The notes under the pieces are model-generated. The model worked only from the letters and a program-made list of their open reading frames with translations, searched no databases and was not told the origin of the DNA. A DNA stretch of 64,000 nt from Candidatus Micrarchaeia archaeon (GTDB taxonomy: Bacteria; Chloroflexota; Dormibacteria; Aeolococcales; Bog-877): the NCBI GenBank assembly GCA_035533215.1, contig DATLUG010000028.1:7680-71679 (forward strand), in the 5' to 3' direction. Position numbers and translations under genes: made by a program. Below, piece by piece: positions 58,846 to 64,000 of the stretch (its first letter is position 1; the number at the start of each line of letters is the position of its first letter).

Positions 58846-58874
58846 CTTATACCGTGGGATCGTTGCACTGTCAA
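58846..58874 (-). promoter_or_regulatory. Sigma-70-type promoter of the ilv-leu leader transcript (TTGACA-17 nt-TATAAG)
   Basis: On the minus strand: -35 TTGACA (58874-58869), a 17-nt spacer, and -10 TATAAG (58851-58846). This is a near-consensus match. Confidence 0.6.
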
Positions 58875-59442
58875 GCGAAGCGGTGCGCACTTCCCTCGGG
58901 GACGGATGGGTCGGGGAGCGAGACGACGGGCCGAGCGGGCGCTCCACCCGTCCAGGGGCGGCCTGAGGTAGCGCCCGCGATCGTGGAGGTTGGGGGGAGT
59001 CGCACCCGTCGACACCGGGTGAGGGTGTGGGAGCAGGGCTGGAGACCTCGGCGGCCGGCGACGACGCAGGCTCCGCCGGCCACGATGAGTGCCTGGAAGG
59101 AGGCCACCGCGCCGGGCGATGGCCGCGATCGACCAGCCCTGTCGGTGCCGGGCCGTGATGCCCACGTCGTCCTCCCTGCGACCAGGGGGGGAGGCTCCCG
59201 GTGAACTGCGTCACCCCGCCCCAGCACCCCGGAAGCGCGGCGCCCGGTGGGTCCTGATCGTCTTCCCAGGCGAGAGGGCGGCCCACTCCGAGACCCTCAC
59301 CCGTCGACGACGAGGCAGCCACGGTCGGCGAGCGGCTCTGGCCAGATTCGCCCGAGCGCCGTCTGGGACGCAGGCCCGTCCCTGAGCGCCGCATGCGCAG
59401 GACGAGCGTTGGCTCCAGGCAGGCGCCGAGCCCCGAGATGGG

Positions 59443-59808
59443 TCAGCGGATCTGCCGGATGATCTCACTGGACCCCCAACGACTGTCCGCCGTCCACACG
59501 GTGGCATGCAGACGGTGGCCGAGCGCGATGCACAAGCGGTCGGCGAGTGACAGACCACTGCCAGCCGCCCCGTGGACGGCCGCCTGCTCGGCATCAGCGA
59601 CCGTCACGGGTTCGAGGCGAAGGCCATAGCTCCCGAGCAGCGCGCGAGCCAGGCCCCAGTCGCGGCCGTGCGCCCGGACCTTCTGGGCGACCTCGGACCA
59701 GGTGGCGGTGCCGCAGGCGCCCCCGGCGTGCAGGCCGTCCTCCACGGCAGCGGCGCCGTGCTCGCCCTGGAGGAAGGCGAGCAGGGCCGAGGCGTCGAAG
59801 ACGTTCAC
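59443..59808 (-). CDS. vapC: Type II toxin VapC (PIN domain)
   Basis: MNVFDASALLAFLQGE...TWSEV...VHGAAGSGLSLADRLCIAL; PIN-fold acidic residues are retained. 4-nt overlap with the antitoxin. Confidence 0.75.
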   Translation of the reverse strand: MNVFDASALLAFLQGEHGAAAVEDGLHAGGACGTATWSEVAQKVRAHGRDWGLARALLGSYGLRLEPVTVADAEQAAVHGAAGSGLSLADRLCIALGHRLHATVWTADSRWGSSEIIRQIR

Positions 59809-60048
59809 TCCGCGTCGTCAGCGGCGGCCTGGCGCCTCCGATCGGCGAGCAGCTCACCCACCAGGTCGAGGCCCGCCAGATCGGCCCGGACGACCGCCTT
59901 CAGCTGCTCGCGCCCGACGAGCAGCACCCCGCCGGGTGTCTCGACGAGGAGGAGCGGAGTGCCTTCGGCGAAGCCAGCCCGAGCCCGGAGCTCGGCCGGG
60001 ATGACGAGTCGGCCGCGGTTGCCCATCTTCGCCTGATATGTCCCACCC
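59805..60048 (-). CDS. vapB: AbrB/MazE (SpoVT-AbrB fold) type antitoxin, VapB partner
   Basis: MGGTYQAKMGNRGRLVIPAELRARAGFAEGTPLLLVETPGGVLLV is a swapped-hairpin AbrB domain. ATG at 60048. The track ORF extension to 60110 runs into an AT-rich promoter region. Confidence 0.65.
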
Positions 60049-60749
60049 ATCTGTACAAGGTACCACCTGAAATATATTGGTGGGACAATGGGAACGACCA
60101 CGCAGCCCACAAGCGCGGCGGCCCACTGCCGGTCGGTCCTCCCGCTGCCGCGCGAGCCTGGCCGCGTCCCAACGCCATCCCTCGCTCACCCGTCAGCTCC
60201 GACCCGGAATCGTCCCGGTCGAGCGGGGGCAATCAACCACGAGACGCACTCGGGCCCTCCACCTGCCCGGATGGGAGTCAGAGCCGCGGGCTGGCCCCCT
60301 CCCGCGACGACCCCACCAGGACGGCGTCGTTCGAGGCCGGCTGGACGCCTCCCACCGGAAGGCCGGCAGGCAGCGTCGAATGGGATCGCCCCAGGGGTGG
60401 CGGGCCAGCGGCCGGGTCGAGATCCGGCGCCGCGGTCCCCGACGCTGGCGCGCAGCGCGGCGGCGTCGACGTGCGCCCACGTCGACGTGGGGAAAGACGT
60501 CGAGCCGGCGGTCTCGCCCAGCGCGCCCCAAGGGTCCCCGCTGTCATTGGGACGCGCTCGCCATCCCAACGCGGCTCGATGGCACGGACGACCGCGTGGA
60601 ACCTCGCCGGAGATGGGCCCCGACGTGGCGGCAACCCCGCTCGGCGGGAGTCCTGGGGAAAGTCGTCCTGAGCGCGCACCGATTGCGCGCGATGGCGGCC
60701 CCGCGTATGCTCAAAGAAGTTTGTGATTCAAAGTTTGGGAAGAGACGGG

Positions 60750-61448
60750 ATGCCGAGGGATGGGCTGCCGGTGGACGACGGGCATCGCGGCGGAACTCGC
60801 CCGGCCAGCCTTGGCGACAACCGCCCCCTCTCGCCCCGCACATCCCTGGATCTGATCCGGGCGCAGGGCGGCGACGCCGCCAGCCGCCTCTGGGTCGATC
60901 CGGCGCCGATCCTGGCGGGGTGGGGGCTCGCATGGGTGGTGGGCTTCGGTGCGTTGTACCTGGCCTCGACGCGGCATCCCCTGGTCACAGGCTGGGACTG
61001 GGTGGCGGTCCTCCTCGCAGTGCTCGTGATGGCGGCGGCGGTGTCGGTGCGCCAGACCTGGTGGCGCGGGAGAGGGGTGGCGGGGCCGTCGCGGCAGACG
61101 GAGGCGATGTACGCATGGGCCGCCGTCCTCGGACTCGGCAGCGCGTTCGGCGTCGACCTGGGGCTCACCCATCAGGGACTGCCGGCGACACTCGCGCCGC
61201 TGCTGTGGCCGGCGAGCGCGCTGGTCGTGGTCGGGCTGCTGTACCTGACCGCCGGGATCGTGTGGCGTGACCGGGTGCAGTACGGACTCGGGGTGTGGAC
61301 ACTCGTCACCGGGGCGGCCAGCACCTCCGCCGGCGTGCCCGGCAACTTTGCGGTCCTGGCACTGGCCGGCGGAGGCGGCCTCCTGGTGGCAGCGAGCCTG
61401 GCGCACGCGCGGACCCGCCGCCGCCGAGGGGCTGGGCGACCGGCATGA
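60750..61448 (+). CDS. Small membrane protein (4 TM helices), hypothetical
   Basis: ORF downstream of an AT-rich segment (60700-60745). Hydrophobic helices (ILAGWGLAWVVGFGALYL, etc.). Its stop overlaps the next gene's start (ATGA). Confidence 0.45.
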   Translation: MPRDGLPVDDGHRGGTRPASLGDNRPLSPRTSLDLIRAQGGDAASRLWVDPAPILAGWGLAWVVGFGALYLASTRHPLVTGWDWVAVLLAVLVMAAAVSVRQTWWRGRGVAGPSRQTEAMYAWAAVLGLGSAFGVDLGLTHQGLPATLAPLLWPASALVVVGLLYLTAGIVWRDRVQYGLGVWTLVTGAASTSAGVPGNFAVLALAGGGGLLVAASLAHARTRRRRGAGRPA

Positions 61449-61912
61449 TCGTCCCGGCCGATCCGCCATCGCTCGACCCCGTGATCCATGCCCAGGCCCG
61501 CCTGCGAGTGACGGTCACGCTCTCCGTCCTCAATTCCGGCGACCGGATCACGTTTCCCCGCCTTCAGCAGCTCCTGGGCATGACCGCCGGCAACCTCTCG
61601 ACGCACCTCCGAAAGCTGGAGGAGGCTGGGTACGTGGCGGTGACCAAGGCTCACCGCCGGCGCACCCCGGTGACCTACGTGGCGCTGACGCGGAGCGGGC
61701 GTCGGGCCTTCGTGGACTACACGGCGGCCCTGCGTGCCCTGCTCGGCCCCACGCCGCCGAGCCGACTCAGGGACATCGTGGAGCCCCTGCCTGCTCTCGC
61801 CGAAGCGGAGGTCGCCGCCCCCGCACCATCCCGACCCCGGAGCCGTCCTCACACCGGTGCGCCGGTCACGACCCACCCCGGCCGCGGGCGCATCCTGGGG
61901 GCGGGCAGCTGA
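61445..61912 (+). CDS. Winged-helix transcriptional regulator (ArsR/MarR/PadR-like HTH) with a disordered C-terminal tail
   Basis: HAQARLRVTVTLSVLNSGDRITFPRLQQLLGMTAGNLSTHLRKLEEAGYVAVTK is a wHTH. Lies within track ORF 61295..61912. Confidence 0.6.
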   Translation: MIVPADPPSLDPVIHAQARLRVTVTLSVLNSGDRITFPRLQQLLGMTAGNLSTHLRKLEEAGYVAVTKAHRRRTPVTYVALTRSGRRAFVDYTAALRALLGPTPPSRLRDIVEPLPALAEAEVAAPAPSRPRSRPHTGAPVTTHPGRGRILGAGS

Positions 61913-61944
61913 GGCCGCCGCGCCCGGAGGCCGGCCGGCCAGCG

Positions 61945-62868
61945 GTGTCGGTCAGTGGGCTGAGCAAGCGCTACGGCACGGTGCAGGCCGTCGATGACGT
62001 GAGCTTCGAGGTGGCCCACGGGGAGGTGTTCGCTCTGCTCGGGCCCAACGGTGCCGGAAAGACGACGACGGTCGAGCTGCTGGAGGGGTTCGGACGTCCC
62101 GATGCCGGCCGCATCGAGGTGCTCGGGTTCGACCCGGCCGCGCGGACGACCAGCCGGCAGCTGCGGGAGCGGCTCGGGATCGTCCTCCAGGAGCTTTCGG
62201 TCGAGCCGTTCCTCACCGTCCGTCAGGTGCTTCAGCGCAACGCCGGCTACTACCGCTCACCGCGGCCCGTCGCCGAGGTGATCGAGCTGATCGGCCTCGC
62301 CGACAAGGCCGACACCCGGGTCAAACGACTCTCCGGCGGCCAGCTGCGCCGCCTCGACCTCGGCGTGGGGGTCGTCGGCCGCCCCCAGCTCCTGTTCCTG
62401 GACGAACCGACGACCGGGTTCGACCCCTCGGCGCGGCGCGACTTCTGGGCGCTGGTGCGATCGCTCGGCGCCGAGGGCACCACCGTGCTCCTCACCACCC
62501 ACTACATGGAGGAGGCCGAGGCCCTGGCCGACCGGGTCGCGGTCATGAAGAGCGGGCGCATCGTCGCCCAGGGCCTTCCCACCTCCCTCGCGGGGCGCGA
62601 CCTCGCCGAGGCGAGGATCCGCTTCCGCCTCCCGCCCGGAACCGCCCCCGCCACCCTGCCGCTCCAACTCAGCTCGCTGGACGGCGACGTCTGCGAGATC
62701 CGCACCTCCACCGAGATCACCGTGCTGCGGCTCCTCACCACCTGGTCGGCGGAGCGCAACGTCGACATCTCCGGGCTCACCGTGGACCGGCTCACGCTGG
62801 AGGACGTCTATCTCACGCTCACCGGCGGCCGGCCGGGGACCCCCTCGCAGACCGAGGCCGACCGGTGA
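61945..62868 (+). CDS. ABC transporter ATP-binding protein (ABC-2 / DrrA-like exporter family)
   Basis: Walker A GPNGAGKTT, signature LSGGQLRRLDLG, Walker B LLFLDEPTTGFD. GTG at ~61945. Lies within track ORF 61267..62868. Confidence 0.85.
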   Translation: MSVSGLSKRYGTVQAVDDVSFEVAHGEVFALLGPNGAGKTTTVELLEGFGRPDAGRIEVLGFDPAARTTSRQLRERLGIVLQELSVEPFLTVRQVLQRNAGYYRSPRPVAEVIELIGLADKADTRVKRLSGGQLRRLDLGVGVVGRPQLLFLDEPTTGFDPSARRDFWALVRSLGAEGTTVLLTTHYMEEAEALADRVAVMKSGRIVAQGLPTSLAGRDLAEARIRFRLPPGTAPATLPLQLSSLDGDVCEIRTSTEITVLRLLTTWSAERNVDISGLTVDRLTLEDVYLTLTGGRPGTPSQTEADR

Positions 62869-63686
62869 ACGCTGGGCTGGTCCGCCCCGAGCCGGCGGCC
62901 GCCGGGCTGCGGCAGGCCGCGCGCGACCTCCTCCTGGTGGCGAGGCAGCTCTACTACGAGCAGATCAGCTTCTGGCGCAACCCGGTCGGGGCCGTGTTCA
63001 GCGTCGGCTTCTCGGTCGTGTTCCTGGTGCTGCTCGCGGCCGCCGGCGGGACCACGAAGGTGGCCTCCCTCGGCGGCATCCGAGCGATCCAGTACTACGT
63101 GCCGAGCTTCTGCGCCTACGGGGTGATGTCGATGTGCTTCAACACCATCGCCATTGTGCTGGTGGTGCGCCGAGAGACCCGGTTGCTCAAGCGCCTGCGG
63201 CTCTCCCCCCTGCCGACCTGGGTCATCTTCGTCGCCACCGTCCTCCACGCCCTGGTGATCTCGCTGGTGGAGGTCGCCGTGCTGCTCGTCATCGGCCGGC
63301 TCGCGTTCGACGTGCAGCTCCCCAAAGATCCGATCGCCCTGGTCCTCGCCCTGGTGGTCGGAGTCGCCTGCTTCACCGCGCTGGGGGTGGCCGTCAGCAC
63401 CGCCATCCCCAATCAGGAGTCCGCCGGCCCGATCGTGAGCGTGATGTTCTTCGTGCTGCTGTTCGTATCGGGCCTCTGGTACCCCTTGCCGCCGCGCTCG
63501 CTGATGGCGTCCGTCTCCGACTGGTTCCCGGTGCGGCACATGATCACCGCCGTCTTCGCCCCGTTCGACCAGCACCCCGGCGTCGCCCCGATCCGGTGGG
63601 GTGACCTCCTGGTGATGGCGATCTGGGGAAGCGCGGGAGCGCTCGTCGCCGTCCGCCGGTTCCGGTGGGAGCCGCGGCGCCGGTGA
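62865..63686 (+). CDS. ABC-2 family transporter permease
   Basis: 273 aa with 6 TM helices. GTGA overlap with the ATPase gene stop. Confidence 0.85.
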   Translation: MNAGLVRPEPAAAGLRQAARDLLLVARQLYYEQISFWRNPVGAVFSVGFSVVFLVLLAAAGGTTKVASLGGIRAIQYYVPSFCAYGVMSMCFNTIAIVLVVRRETRLLKRLRLSPLPTWVIFVATVLHALVISLVEVAVLLVIGRLAFDVQLPKDPIALVLALVVGVACFTALGVAVSTAIPNQESAGPIVSVMFFVLLFVSGLWYPLPPRSLMASVSDWFPVRHMITAVFAPFDQHPGVAPIRWGDLLVMAIWGSAGALVAVRRFRWEPRRR

Positions 63687-64000
63687 GGCTGCCGCTCTCG
63701 GGTGGGTCCCGCGCCCGTGCTCCGGAGGGGCCGCGGTCGGTCGGTCGGGGAGCGACTCGGCCCGGGGATCTTTCGGCAGCGGGACTCTCGTGGCCGCTGA
63801 TGACCGAAAGGCGGACCGAGGTCCGCCGCCGGATCGCCATCGATCGGCCGGCGCGACCCTGGCCGTCAGGCCTCGCCGCCGCCGGGGGCCCCGGCCCGGT
63901 CCACCGAGGACCGGCGGCGACGGCGTCGCTGACCGTGACGGACGACGCGGGCGTGCTTCAGATCGTAGCGTCGGCGGGCGAGCGCGTAGGCGGCGCCGCC

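Noticed and set aside
58626-59204. Plus-strand 192-aa ORF preceded by a perfect AAGGAG
   Set aside because: The AAGGAG is simply the reverse complement of the leader peptide's CUCCUU (Leu-Leu) codons. The ORF has abnormal codon usage for this genome (agt, tat, caa, act) and no recognisable domains.
59805-60110. Longer 101-aa version of the AbrB-type antitoxin starting MGCVVVPIVPPIYF
   Set aside because: The extra N-terminal codons come from the AT-rich promoter-like segment (60050-60095), and the AbrB fold starts at the internal Met (MGGTYQAKMGNRGRLVIP).
1-64000. CRISPR arrays, rRNA or tRNA genes, integrases or transposases
   Set aside because: No regularly spaced direct repeats, no tRNA-like T-arm motifs, and no recombinase or transposase-like ORFs were found on manual inspection of the sequence and the ORF track. 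This cannot be excluded rigorously without tRNAscan or cmsearch.

Overview
This is a very GC-rich window; I did not compute %GC, but third codon positions of confident genes are almost always G/C. That codon bias is the best discriminator between real genes and the many long spurious ORFs in the six-frame track. Gene content (F420 genes cofC/cofE, GTGA/ATGA start-stop overlaps, leaderless-type starts) suggests an actinobacterium-like chromosome; the exact lineage cannot be determined from sequence alone.

Four blocks stand out:
1. ~1-6.5 kb: a VapBC toxin-antitoxin pair next to an SNF2-family helicase whose downstream partner is a 725-aa protein with a C4 zinc ribbon.
2. ~6.6-33.3 kb: a large cell-envelope glycan locus of the ABC-transporter-dependent type. 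It includes a giant two-domain glycosyltransferase (GT-A-like plus GT4) ending in ~20 heptad repeats encoded by tandem 21-bp DNA repeats. Also present: an ABC-2 type permease/ATPase pair (the ATPase carries a ~160-aa C-terminal extension), several GT2/GT4 enzymes, a GtrA-like protein, a polyprenyl-phosphate sugar synthase-like GT2, a ~1060-aa polytopic membrane protein and a zinc-ribbon SAM methyltransferase. cofC-cofE and a moaD-moaE fusion are embedded in the locus. A low-GC islet (21.0-24.0 kb) inside it carries a secreted collagen-like protein and an RHH-Doc toxin-antitoxin pair.
3. ~42.1-47.8 kb: EAL protein -> hybrid histidine kinase -> single-domain response regulator -> orphan family-5 solute-binding protein, all on the minus strand.
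4. ~47.9-58.9 kb: a minus-strand branched-chain amino-acid supraoperon, ilvB-ilvN-ilvC-leuA(short form)-leuB-cimA-leuC-leuD-ACT. Upstream of it sit a sigma-70-like promoter, a 27-codon leader peptide with six consecutive Val/Leu/Ile codons (three of them locally rare), and a hairpin-plus-U7 terminator with an alternative antiterminator pairing.

Other content: tandem HtrA proteases, a fused SCO1/TlpA thioredoxin-fold protein, a rhodanese, two more VapBC pairs, a TetR regulator, and a second ABC-2 exporter at the 3' end. No rRNA, tRNA or CRISPR array was recognised.
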